A stretch of DNA of 64,000 nt from Takakia lepidozioides (Eukaryota; Plantae; Bryophyta): assembly GCA_030704615.1 (NCBI GenBank), contig CM060733.1, positions 23,002,001 to 23,066,000 of the forward strand, given 5' to 3'. The position numbers and the translations under genes were made by a program. A model generated the notes under the pieces. The model did no database searches. It was not told where the DNA came from and saw nothing but the letters and a program-made list of their open reading frames with translations. Positions 39,201 through 51,837 of this stretch are shown here, piece after piece. Positions within the stretch are counted from its first letter, which is position 1, and every line of letters starts with the position of its first letter.

Positions 39201-40894
39201 AAGGGCCCTTGCAGCTCTCAGCTGCAAAGGCTGCACAGCGACTATACCCCAGGACCTCAAAGCGTAGACCACCACAATCGATGCTGCCATTTGCAGGGTA
39301 AGAAAAGAAATTGGATAAGGCCATTGCATTAGGACTGCCTGAGACACACGACAAGAGCATTTTTAGTCTTAGTCCAGGCAAGTTACTCACTTACAGTAAT
39401 CTTTGTTGGCAACTTATCAAGTGTAAGGGACGATTGAGGTGGCTTAGAAGGCTGACTTGAGCAATCAGGGGTTACAAGTCCTAGTTATGGGTGCGCCTCC
39501 TTCCAGCCCTTTGTGGATGATCCACTGCATACTATGATCCAGCCTTTGAAAAGGACAGATCAACCAAAACTTGGTAAATGTTTTTAAGAGTGCAGTGTAA
39601 TTAAACCACCTAACTCTTGGGTATTCAAGTCAATGTCCCTGGCCAATCAGGTCCTTGAAAGCACATACTTTCCAGGAGTGAATCTTTCTTGTCCTGTCTT
39701 AGATACAGTGCCACAATGCGTTCTCAAGTTGACACTTTTGAGAACCCAAAACCACTTAGGTTCACAAATTCACTGGTATTGTAAAGCACAGCGAGAGCCT
39801 TCAAGCAATGACAATGGTAATATGATTTTCAGTCCACACCTACTCATCCTGGCTTCATGGATGTGACCCCTTACAGCTAGAATGCTTGGGCCATGTACAT
39901 CTTCCATGCAACACAGTTTCTTGTTTCTCCACTTTGCACCTGTAAACACATCTGACCATGCACTGTGGGAGTCACATCTAGGCAAATTCTGCGAGCCAGA
40001 ACTATTTCCCAACAGATGTTATTAGTAGATGCACACCTTGTTGACAAAGCCCATAAGAAGGCCTACAACCCCATAAGCAGAAGCAGCAGCCACACTCATA
40101 AGATGCTGAGAATAGAGGGACTTCATGTGATTCGCATCTCCCTCAAACTGTGGATTTAAGTCTGCCTTCTCCTCCACATCATGTAACATTCTCTCGTCTT
40201 CTTGAGAGTCATCTGATACACATAATACCACAGGAATCTCTGGTATCAGCCTTAATTTGGCAGAGATGCTTGGACAGAATGCGTGATTTCCTTTCTACTT
40301 CCCTCACATCTACATCCTCAACATTTTTCTTGGAGGCACAATTTTCGGGTACCCTGAAATTGTCCGCCAGTAACGATGATAAATGGCCACTGCAGAAAGG
40401 CACGATATTGCGGGTATCAACTGCGTCATTTGTCAGAAACAAACTCTTGGCGATTCTTTTTCTTCCATCATATTGGCCACTGACAACTACAAAACCAAGA
40501 GTAATGAGTAATTCAAGGGTACTTTCTCGTGCTGTCTTGGAGAAAACATGAAGTTATAGATCTCCCAAGAAAGACAGCATTTAAATTCACCAATTCTCCT
40601 TTCCTCTTTTTTCATCTATCTGGTACTCCAGCCCACTACTCTCTAGATGAGTTGCTAAGTAAATATTCTTGATCGTCCGCAGCTATGCTGGGTTGCTCCC
40701 CCCTGAAATCCCAAAATACGAACTTTATACAATGCCTGAAACCTACCTGGTGCCGCGAGCGAGTGTGAATTTTGAGTTGCTCTAGGAGAAGGAGCTGGAA
40801 TAAAGTCCATAACCATTTCAACCAGAAGTTGTACTCCTAGATTGATGGAGCTCAGCGGCCACCGCAGAAATCTCCAAGAGCTTGACCGCCGCAT
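36213..40894 (-). CDS. Nucleotide-sugar transporter, UTr7/SLC35D-like
   Basis: Exons encode AAASAYGVVGLLMGFVNK (40037-40212), AVLMQWPY...SIPVYHVLKRLTP (39014-39338), GCILAGMGDLSF...YLLLVERSG (~38552-38673), LLLYNGVLSLP...CTLCNSALTTTIVG (~37445-37708) and GFFVFGGV...GGVWYTVIKY (36213-~36383). The first exon (40747-40894) is inferred from splice phase only. Confidence 0.9.
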
Positions 40895-41994
40895 GGAAAA
40901 GCCCCTGGGATCATGGCCTAATGCGCCACAGTAGACAGCAAGAAAGTGGCATGTTCACGACATTCCCAGCTCAGATGAATTATCCTCTCCTGATCATAAG
41001 AAGGAGATATGACCCACTAAAGCACAGCCTACGAGTCATTCTCCCATTTGATCATGCACCTTTGGCTGCTTCCAGAAACCCGATCACCCGAAATCGAGAA
41101 ACGGATCCGAATTCCAACCGCAGCCACAGGATCTTCTCACAAGTAGCAAGGAACAGCACCAAGATGGAGATTTACGTAGTTTGAAAAACAGTCTGGCCAG
41201 CCGACAACGAGAAGCTGAGCGAGTGATCTGTCCGAATAGCGCTTCCCAGCCCTTCTACTCCAGAGCGAGGGCGCCTGAAGTAGCGAAAGGGCAGAAGAGA
41301 AGAAGACCGACCTCGCCATAGCTCCCCCTGCTCTTGACTTCGGACTCACCCGCGCTTTCCCACTTCCTGCCACAGCGAACGAAATAATTACTCCATACTT
41401 TACAAATTACGAAACAGACGGTCGTAATCGTACTCGTAACAATGTGACTTGGACATCATTAGTATCCCATATCGTTTGCCCCACATTCGACGTCTACAGC
41501 CTTCATAAGGCAGTCAATAGATTTCCACGGCTTTGGTCATCATGGTCCCTCATTGAGAAAAACGGACCTATCAAGAAAGTGACGGCATCAAAGGTGATTC
41601 ATTTTGCGAGTAACTGCAATGATTGGGCCACACCAGTTCAGGAACCCTTCAAGCTGAAGCATCTAAGCCGCTAATATGATTAAAATGGACGGTCAAAACA
41701 ATCATGTAGATATGACACATCTGACGGTTTTGAGATGACTCGTGGTTCACCGAGAGCAGTGTGGGCCACACTAGACGATGGTGGGTGCACAACGTGAGCA
41801 GGCTGCAATCCACGTCATTCACGTCATCCACGTCATCAGCGTGGCACGTCGTCACCGTGCTGGCGTAGATGGAGAGAGGAGGCTGCAGCCGAGATGGAGA
41901 TGTTTTGAGACCAGGTTTTGTTTTCTTGAGGTCGGAATAGTGAGAAGTGCGATTGGGAGTTCAAGTTGTTTATGTGATTGGGAGTCCATTTCAC

Positions 41995-42735
41995 TGATTC
42001 AAATCGCTGGAAAAGTTGAGATTAGTGGCAAGGTGGTCGGTTGCGGGTGAGAGGGTGAGAGATGCTCGAAGTGCAGCATCCAGCTCCCTGCCCGACTTAA
42101 TTGTGGTGGAGAATGTAGGACTGATATGATTATAAGCAAAGAAGGAATTTTCAATGAGAAGCAAAGCATTATCTCAGATGAAAGGCCTGATATTTGGCAA
42201 ATTTGCGTCCGAGTCTTTGGGTGTGCAGGCATCTAATACATTTCAGCAAACTGGAGTGCAGGCTTACAAACATAGCTTTCAATGTGTTAGGAGCGACAAA
42301 CTGTCTTTGCAAGCTGTCTGCAGTCTTCTCCTTCACACAGGGTCATTCCTCGTATGTTGATCAAGGATTACTTGTCTTGCCGCCAAACTGATCTGATATA
42401 TAACTTGCATCACTCTTGGCCAATTTGTGTTGAAGGGGTTGTGATCTTTGACTGATATCTTGGGTGGGTGCACGGGATATTCTCTACTTCCTTGTGCATA
42501 CCCTGCAATAGATGAGTTGAAAGAAGAGTCATTGTGTCATCTTAAGAGTGTCACAGGAAGCACTGCATGTATTATATCTAGGATTCCAGTGTTCCATGGT
42601 TTTGCAGACATGGGTGGTGATCAAAATTCTTACCCAATGTTCGCTTGCATTTTCCATACTGCCATATCTCCCCTTGTTTTATTTGCAATGGCAGCTCCTT
42701 GTTGACATGATGAAACTGGTTGGCATCCCTGGTTG
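41995..42735. repeat. Partial copy of the 21-23 kb / 52 kb cassette with an internal inversion
   Basis: 42000-42266 and 42677-42730 match the other copies directly. 42267-42676 matches them in reverse complement. Confidence 0.85.
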
Positions 42736-43818
42736 GCATTCCTCACTGGAGTCCAGTCACCTCCCTGGCCAACTTCCAAATGAAATGTACACAACGAAGA
42801 AGGAAACTGTATGTTTAACCATAGCAAACATGGGTCAGTGTGAGTTTCTTTTCCTTGCACAATGTCCAGACCGAACTTTTTGTGTTTTTGGAAGGCTTGC
42901 CATTCTGTTAGTAGCAACAGACCGATGGGCAAAACAGATGGAGCATGGAAATAGCACCTGCAACTTAGAACTAAACAAAGTAGCCTGTCCCCAGGATGGA
43001 GCATCCTGCAACATGAGAAGAACATGCAGAACATTCGTTCCACATGTATGTGAGCATTATGAGATGTTTTTGTTCTTACCAACACAGGCTGGTGTTGCTC
43101 TCGAACTCCTTGTGAGAGGTGATATTCAGTCATCTCTAGGCAATCCTTACGATGTCAACTCAAGTGAGTTTCTGAGAGAGTATCAAATAATTCCTGCCAA
43201 TTTCTTTGGAGAGACAGCCTATCGACACCCTCACTGGGAGTGCGTCTAGTGATGTACAGGGCCCCTTATTAGTTTTTTTAATTTTGTTGACATTTCTATT
43301 CATTTGCACTTACCATCTGAACCAGCCTCGGATGTGCAGATGGTTCAGGTTCCAAATTTACTTTTTTTGAGGGGCCTGCTTACAGAGCCCATAAAGAAAC
43401 CCTCTAGGGCGTAGCGCAAACGCCTTATAGAAGGGGGCAACACCTCATCCTAGTACTTATCTCCTCCTTGGAAAGCTCTAGAAGTAGAAGGAGGGCCCAC
43501 CATCTCACATATCCTACTTCTATGCTAGCCTCTACATATGGCCTCATATACAGCCATTTCAACTGCTTTTCAACACTCCTATCCTCCCTCCCCCTTGGCC
43601 GCTCCAATCTTCTCCCTTTCTTCAACGTTGAGGAATAGCCCTTCCCAGAATTTGGGACCCTCATTTCATTTCAGTGAGGGAGTTCGGGAATATTCGATGC
43701 CTCTGAAACCTGATAGTAATGACCTAAACCATAACTCAATGGGCTCAGAACAAGGTGGCTTCATTTTTATTTTTTTGGCTTCATATGACATGAAGACGAT
43801 GATAAGTTCATCCTTCTA

Positions 43819-43849
<31 letters not shown>

Positions 43850-43926
43850 GAATGGCACCTCTAGAAGGAAGCGTCAATTAAGGTGTCTCTTGACCCCAAA
43901 GGGTTACTGATGGGTTACTGATGCAG

Positions 43927-44495
43927 ATAATAGAAATGAGGTAAGAACTTAATGCACACATGCCACCTCTGCACCGGTTTTGGCATGTCAAATCTTCCCC
44001 ACCTTTTCTTGAGAGTGACATTGACCTGAACTCCAGTCGGGGTTATGCTAGGTTACACAATGGGGAGTGTAACTCCACTTGGGGTTACGGTCGGTTACAC
44101 GAGGTGTGTAACTCTCACTCGGGGTTACACCGAATGGAGTGTAACTCACACTTCGTCTCGAAATTTGACTAAGTCCAAATTTGGCTAAATATAAAATTGA
44201 CTAAGAAGAGTTACATGAGAACAAAGGGTTGCACTGATTGGGATACCGGTACCCGGGCTACAGTAGCCTCTCATCACGAATCAAACCCAAAATCTCGCCA
44301 TCGGCATTGCAATCACCTTACCAACACGCTACCCACCACAGCATGTAACTTAAGTATTTAATAGTGAACCGAGGTAAGAGGAGGTGGGGATGGTTTGACA
44401 GCAACCCCCCACTCAAAGGAGCCTAGGCTGCAGAGTCCAGCGAAAGTACTCTGAGACGGCGCGAGTGCATTAAGTTCTTACCTCGTTCCTATTAT
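43927..44495. mobile_element. MITE / non-autonomous DNA transposon
   Basis: Perfect 20-bp inverted repeats GAGGTAAGAACTTAATGCAC (43938-43957) and GTGCATTAAGTTCTTACCTC (44465-44484), extending imperfectly outward. Internal GGTTACAC...GAGTGTAACTC repeats. Confidence 0.75.
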
Positions 44496-45236
44496 TGTTC
44501 AATGTGAATACCAGAGTTGTACTGGTAGGGTAGAAGCACCGTTCATGGCCCCATAGTGGCGCTCAAAAGCACGCCCATGGTGCAAGAAAGTATGCCCATT
44601 TTCGGAGTGTGTCAGGCTGGGTGTGCCATGATAGGCCAGCAAGCTTACCCAAAGAGGAATGAACTACACTACACCATTTAATCCTCTACTTTACACTCAA
44701 ATTATCCTACCTGGATGAACTCTTCTGAAAATTGTTCGGACTACAAAATGTTGGGGCTCATCAAGAGCTTTCCAATATTATCTTTATTTCTTAAAATGGT
44801 TAAACTGGTTAAAGTCCAAGGTACCAAAAGAGCAATACGTATATCTTGTGCGCCATGATGGGCCCACTTGTTTTACCCTTATATTGCTATAGGTAGATGT
44901 CCTCTAATGAAAATTGCTCCAACTACAAAAAGATGGGCCACATTAAGCGCTTTCCAATGGTATTTTTGGGTTTTTTTCTTGGTTACCATCTCAGGTCAGG
45001 TGGAAAAGATATTAATGAGATATGAATGAGTCATGATAGGAACAAAGGTGCGCCACTGACATTGACATCCTCTACTTCTCTCCACTTTTGATGTCAGATA
45101 AAGCCAGAATCTTGTTTAACTTTCAACTGAAGAAAGTTGTCTTATCTTAAGAGCTTTCTGTTAAGGTATTATATGACCCTAGAGGTTAAAAGCACAAAAA
45201 GTTATTACATCTACCCAACTTCATGCGCCATGAAAG

Positions 45237-48200
45237 GTGTTTCTACCCTACATGTATTTTTTAATCCCAAGCAAGGCCCTAAACAGAGCCAAAGACACCC
45301 TAGGCAATGCGGTCACTGTGCTCAATGCCCTCCTGGATTTGGAGTTTGAAGACCAGAATGACGAGATCGAACGAAGGCGCATTGAAGACTTCAACAAGCC
45401 TTCTTACGACATCAAAGGCTCTCTGTCAACCTCCAGCTCCTCCGAACTGCAGATCTCGCAATTCTTCATGCAGCATTCGCCGGTGGATTCACAACAGCCC
45501 TCAAAGCCCTACCTCCAGGTGCCGTCACTACTGCCTTCCCCGACACTTGCGCCCTTCCCTTCTCCATCTGGCCCTGTAAGTCCCCTACTGCCCTCTCAGT
45601 CCATTCCTCTCCTTTGTTTCTCTGTTGAACCCATCTCCACCAAGAATTGCAAGATCATTTGTCTTCAATCAGGCTCCCTCTCCTTTCCACTAAGAAACAA
45701 AGCTTGGAAAGTACTGCCCTCGATCACCTACCCCCCGCCCCCACACCTGCTCTCCAAAATCCTACAATCTGGATCCACACCGCTTCCCTCTCCTGTATAG
45801 ATCCAAATCTCCCTCCAAAGCTCACTCAGGCTCATCCCCCTCGACAATGCAGAAAATCCCCTTAAGAATCAAACTAGCACCCTAGTCCTATTTGTTAACA
45901 TCATTCACCCCATCCCACCCGATCCTCCAGGCCTCTCATGGTGTCCTTCCCTCGTCCCCTTGGACAAGAGAACAAGGTTCCGTTTCCTACCATCCAGGCC
46001 ATCACTTGAGTCTCAACCCCTCAGCCTGTCTCCATCCCTCGATGCAGGTTAGCATGTCTTCCTGGAATATCAGAGGCATGGGCTCTGACCAAATGGCCCT
46101 GAAAAAAGTCAAGCTCTCGGCTTGGCTAGCCCCCCTCATCCCCTCTCAAACAATTGTTTCCAAGAGCACAAGCTATGTCACCACAAAATCCTTAAGCTCA
46201 CTAATCAATTATGGCCTAAGCCCTTAGCTCTCTGGAAACCTTCTTTGGAAGGGACGCGAGGCGGGACGGCCATCCTCCTCTCCCCATCCCTCTTCCAGTT
46301 CCTAATCAAAGATGAGATTTGGGAAACCGGGAGAGCCCAATTCCGCTCCCTCCAGTTTCCCAATAACACAGAACCCATAGGCTTTATTAACATTTATGCT
46401 TCCAATGACTCTCTCGAAAGAGCTGCTCTCTGGAACAAGTTAACCATTCTCATGTCAAACCAAAAAGACATCAGTAAATGGGTGATTGTAGGCGACTTCA
46501 ATATGGTAGAGAATGAAAGGGACAGACTGGATAGAGGTTCCAATCACCTCAGCCCGGAGGAGGAACTTTCATGGCTCACTCTAACCCAGACACACAGCCT
46601 CGCCGAAATGGAAGGACCTCCCAATGACCCAGCTGGCTCCAATCCCTTCTTTACCTGGACAAACAACAGAGAGATCACTGATCTTAGCATGGCCAGACTT
46701 GATAGATTCTACACCTCCATTTCTCTATCCCCTGCTGCCTTCTTAGACCCACAGGACCCAATCCCCCTAGGTTTCGATCACGCCCTCATCTCAGCTTCTC
46801 TTAAACTGCCTTTCTCCCACCCCAGAGGAAGAGGGATCTTCAGACTCAAACTCTTCCCACCTCCGGTTATCCTCTTTTACCGATGCTCTAAAGTCTGCCT
46901 GGCTATCAACTGCAAATGACATCCCTTGTCATATTCAAAGATTCCAAGCCAAGCTAGCTACCACTTGCAAAGTAAGTCAAGAGCTCAGTCAAGATCTGGC
47001 CGCTGCAAAGAAGAGGAAAACTCTGGCTCTCAAAAAGTGCCTTAGTATTTGCAAAAAGAAGCTGGAATCTGTTCTTCAAAAAACGAGATAGAGCTAACCT
47101 CAACAACTATAGGCCAATCACCCTTCTTAACATGGCATATAAAATTATAGCTAAGGCCCTAGCAATCCGCATCCAACCCCTTCTCCCTTCAATGATTAGA
47201 TCGGGTCAGGCAGGCTACGTCAAAAGAAGATACATCCTCGACAATGTCATGTTAGCTCAGGAAGCTGACATCTACGTATGCAAAACAGGGCAGTCATTAG
47301 CCCTCTGGCTCCTAGACTTCGAGAAAGCATTTGACAAAGTCGACTGGTAACTCCTTATGGCCGTGCTCCCACAAATCAGGCATCTCCATGGCTTCGGCAG
47401 GGGGCAGTGGTGCAGAAGGGGGGCAGATTCTGCTGCTGGGGCAACAGCAGAGTCATGCTTATGGGCATCTCTCCAAAACCTTCCGCCTCCAAAGGTCAGT
47501 AAGGCAGGGCTGCCCTCTGGCACCTTTTCTCTTCGTGTTTGTGGCAGACGCTCTCGGGCACATGTTAGACAACAACCCTCAGGTGAAAGGCCTAAAGCTT
47601 CAGCCCCCAAGAACGAACACCTGGAAGGAAGTCAAGGATTCAATGTTTGTTGATGACACCTTCTTACTTCTCCAGGCCAACAGCCCCTCGATAGAAGCCG
47701 CACAGGCCACGCCACCACTTATGCCAGTGTCTCTGGGTTCAGAATCAATTGGTTCCAAAACCAAAGACTAGTTACTAAGAGGACCGCCTCAAAATCTGAA
47801 CATTGGGACAACTCCAACCTGGGGACGCATTTGGGCATGCAATGACTTAAAGAAGGGGAGCCTACCACACTAGTAGGCACACATTCGGCATCAATCTCAA
47901 TGAGGAAACAAAGGATGGAGCCCACAACTTCAAAAGATGAAGCGCACCTGGATACGGGGTCGTGTCACATATCTATCACAGGAAAGCATTTGGTTGCCAC
48001 CAGATTTATTCTGGCAAGTATTTGGTACTTTGCTTCAACCTGGGCCCTCGATCAAAATTCTCAAAGAAATCAAAAAGCTGATTAGGAACTTTATCTGGGG
48101 GAGCTGCTTCCTCCGCCCAAAACAAAAGACTCAGGTGTCCTAGGCCCAATCTGCCTGCCAAAAAAGATGGGGGGCCGGGGTGTACACATCAAGGCTCTCC

Positions 48201-50250
48201 TAGGAAAAGGGATTCCTAGATCCATTGGGTAGGGACGGAGGCCTAGTGGAAGCTAATGGTCCCCACCACAATATCCTCCTCCACTCCTCTGAAACGGGTG
48301 CAAGTGGCTTGCTCAAACACACTGCTTCTTCAGGGGCTTTTAAACCTAACTCACCAGGCTCCCCTCTCTAGTCATCAATTGGAAATATTGGAACAGCCTC
48401 TGCCCAAACTCTGAGGAAACTTGGTGAGCCCTAACACCTTCCATGAAACACTCGGCAGCACCTGTTCCTCAACAATAAGACCCCATACTGCGGCAGACCG
48501 AGCTTCAGCCAAAGGATGGGCAGACTGGGAGACCAAAGGAATCTCACGATCTACGATTTATGGGAAAGCACACCTCAATCTCTCCACCTGGTTTTGGGGG
48601 CCACCCACCTTCGATCTGGAATCTCCCTCATCAGTCAATCGATCCCAGATCCCTGGAAACTCATTCTAAAAGCTGGCCCAGGTCTTGTTCATGCCAATCA
48701 GTGGGTTATTAATAATTCACAGGCACTACAAATTCATATATCTCCGAAGTTGGCCAGGTCTCACTCAAGGGGTTTTCCTTCCAGGAGATGAGCTTCCGGA
48801 CATTTATCTCTCACCAGCCATGAACCTATATCACTCCAGCTTCCACAAGCCACGTGAGAATTTGCCAGTGGTAATCCCGATAAAGCCATTCAACCCTCAG
48901 TGCCTATTGGGACGAACATACTCACCTGGCTGAGTAAGGAGAACCTTATCCTCTTTGGGAACTCTAGCATTACTTCACTACAGTGGACCCATCTGAATGG
49001 AATGGGCTTTCAGGATGAAACTACACCCACTTTGTCCTACTCGGCCAAAAAGGGCTATAGAGCTATGTTGGGAACCAGAGCCTCTCATCTCTAAATGGGA
49101 AAAAAGATAGGATAGGGTGAGAGAACTTCAACCAGGAAGACTGGAAAAAGAAGGAAGGGATAGGTCCTTGTCTGGGAGAAAACAAAGCCGGCTAAGATCA
49201 GGGCTCTTATGCAAGTGGCCAATAGAGTGCCTCAAGGTGGGCCAATTCAATTTCAATGAGGTGCTCCTGGCCAGGTGCTTTTGTGCCAATCCTCTGCCAG
49301 GTGCTGTGCCAATCAAACCATTGAATCTCTAGAGCACTGTCTTCACCATTGGCTGGCGCCCTCAGTAGTCTGGCCTCTAGCTCAAGGCTTCTACAGGTCT
49401 TGGGACACCTTGAGCTTTGGATCCCTAGAAATCCTTCTCAACTACAACCAGAGGCAGAAGGCTAAGGCCTCCGACTGTCCAGTTTTTGAAGCCCTTAGAT
49501 TGGTCTGTCCTCTAGAACATATGGAAGAGTCGCTGTGCTTGGGCCCTCAACAGATAAAACACCTCTGCAACAGATATTATGTCTCTAGTTTTCTTTGACT
49601 TGACAAATGCAGCTAAAAAGCTTGGGCTCCCTGTGCAGTGGGCGACCAAGAAACCAGAGCATCTGCAGCATTCATCGCTACTTTTAGGGCTTACCTGGGG
49701 CACAATGGGCTCATTTGCACATGATCCAGTGACCACACTGTCTTTGGGCGGACAAAATTCCACCTTCATGGGAGGGACACAGGAATCCCCTCTTCAGCCT
49801 CCCCTGAATTTGACAGATCCGAGATTAACTGGAAGTATGTTCGATTGTCTTCAGCTGCCAGGCTCCACTTCCATCGCTAAATTCTCTTCTCTGCATGCTA
49901 CTCTACCTCTTGATTGCCCCGCCTCGCCCTCTCAACCCCCAGCTCTGCCCCGGTCTCTCTGCACGCCATTCCGTTCTCCATCATCTCCATAGGGCTCCAA
50001 CCCTATTTCCCTCCCAGCCTCAGTATAGTCTACGATCGACTCGACTTGGCTTTTTGTCTCTCCCTCAAACTGTTTTAACTCCTCTTCATTAGAGGTGATA
50101 ACTCTATATTTTAGGCTAAACGCCTCTGATATTCTGTGGTCGTACATAGGCCCAGGTAAATGGCTCTCAATTACTGTTCTTAGTCATCCAGCACGGTCTC
50201 CGTGCGATCAGCCTCATGGCAGCCTTCTGGCACTCTAATAATTTTTTTCC
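45237..50250 (+). mobile_element. Degenerate L1-like LINE (ORF1 tail, endonuclease, reverse transcriptase)
   Basis: Endonuclease motifs SWNIRG, INIYASN, VIVGDFNMVE and MARLDRFY. RT motifs YRPITLLNMAYKIIAKALA, LLDFEKAFDKV, SVRQGCPLAP and MFVDDT. Multiple stops and frameshifts. The ends are approximate. Confidence 0.9.
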
Positions 50251-51002
50251 CTTCAATAATTCCAAATAAAGCTTCCAGGGCCAAACCCCTGTTTACTTTT
50301 AAAATTTAACAAAAAAACATGAAAAAGGGGGGGTATATGAGCACTGGTATGGTACATATACCAGTGTTCATACACCCCAATATATATACCCTGGTATGGT
50401 ACTTGTTGGTACAAAATATCAATAGATGCTGATATGCTCCTGTCCACAACACTCTATTAGACTTTGCCCCTTTCAATTTTCCTTCAATAGTTATTTGGTT
50501 CTGTATCTCACGGGGCCCCTTGGCTTTACAAGGTCCCTTTCTTTTGTGGTTCACTCTACCATGTCCCCTATGGCTCTCCAAGCTCTATGTTGATATTATG
50601 AAGCTTGTTTTCCACAGCCACCCTCTCTTTCACAAAGTAGCCCTCTTGTGGTCATATGGTACAATGAAGCAAAAGCACATCTCTTGCTTTTACTCTTATC
50701 TAGCTTCAGCTGCTGCGTGCTGGGATGGCACACAGTATCGGCAATGGGCAATAACTAGGCTGATCTGGTATGGAGGCTGTGAACGCTAACTGCATACCCA
50801 CCTAGTATCTAGGTATTTAGGTTCCTCCATACCAGTCGGGTATGTTCTCTCATACCATTCCTCATACCCGTACTATATACCCGGGGCCAGTCTGATATGT
50901 TACGACATAATAATAATATTTGACGCCTCCCGAAGGAAGCGTAAATTATGGTGTCTCTTCACCCCAAAGGGTTACTGCCTTCTGCTAGGAAGGTGGACAC
51001 AC

Positions 51003-51068
51003 CAAGGGTTGATTGAACCCACAACCACTTCTGAGGTGGTATGTGCCCATTACCACTGGGCTACAACT
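51003..51068 (-). mobile_element. tRNA-derived SINE-like head
   Basis: Minus strand GTTGTAGCCCAGTGGTAA...GTGGGTTCAATC gives Pol III A- and B-box-like motifs without a complete cloverleaf. Confidence 0.45.
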
Positions 51069-51139
51069 TGGTTGTCGACAGATATACTGTCCAGCTCCTT
51101 GGGGAGGGTTGCACATGGCAACACCCCACTTTCCACAAA

Positions 51140-51715
51140 ATAATAGGAAGGAGGTAAGAACTTAATGCACTTGTACTAGGCATTTCACGGTACTTTCGCC
51201 TATTCGGACAGCCTAGGCTCCTGGGGCGGGGGCCCTGTCAAAGCCTCCCCACCCCCTCTTAAGAATCCAAGAGGTTCCATATTGTGGTGGGTGGCATGTT
51301 GGAAAGGTGATTGCAGTGCTGGCGGGCAGATTTATGGTTCGATTCTTGATGGGAGGTTCCATGTTGTGGTGGGTAGCAGGTTGGTAAGGTGATTACAGTG
51401 CTGGCGGCGAGATTTATGGTTCGATTCTTGATGGGAGGCTACTGTAGTGTAACCCCGGGTCTAGGACGAGACCCGGGTTACAGAGGGTTTCACCAATTGG
51501 AATATCAGGCCATCTTAGGAATTTCGAGACCAAATGTGAGTTATACCGAGTGGAGTTACCCTATATTCTATGTAACCCCAAGTGGAGTTACACTCCCCAT
51601 TGTGTAACCCAGTATAACCCCAAATGGAGTTACACTCCCCATGGTGTAGCAGTCACACTCCTTCAGTTCCATGTCTCTCTCAGGGTGGGGAAGATTAGAC
51701 TAATGCTTTTCTATA
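51140..51715. mobile_element. Second copy of the 44-kb MITE family in opposite orientation
   Basis: Starts ATAATAGGAAGGAGGTAAGAACTTAATGCAC. Internal segments are reverse complements of 43985-44460. A ~75-bp internal tandem duplication lies at 51270-51440. Confidence 0.75.
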
Positions 51716-51837
51716 ATTTCAAATAGTAGATGAGACCTGCAAGCAAGAAGTGCACGGTCTTTGGTCACCCTTACCCTTTGGAACACCTTACTTTGTCTGC
51801 TCACTCCCCGTGGTCAGAGTGTTGACAAGCTCAACAT

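Noticed and set aside
42548-43249. 233-aa ORF as a gene
   Set aside because: It starts inside the inverted cassette segment and crosses a rearrangement junction. No recognisable domain or splice structure.
50330-50895. Possible MITE with GGTATG/CATACC subterminal repeats
   Set aside because: Inverted motifs are visible, but I could not define termini or a TSD.
51003-51068. Functional tRNA gene
   Set aside because: A- and B-box-like motifs are present, but no convincing acceptor or anticodon stems.
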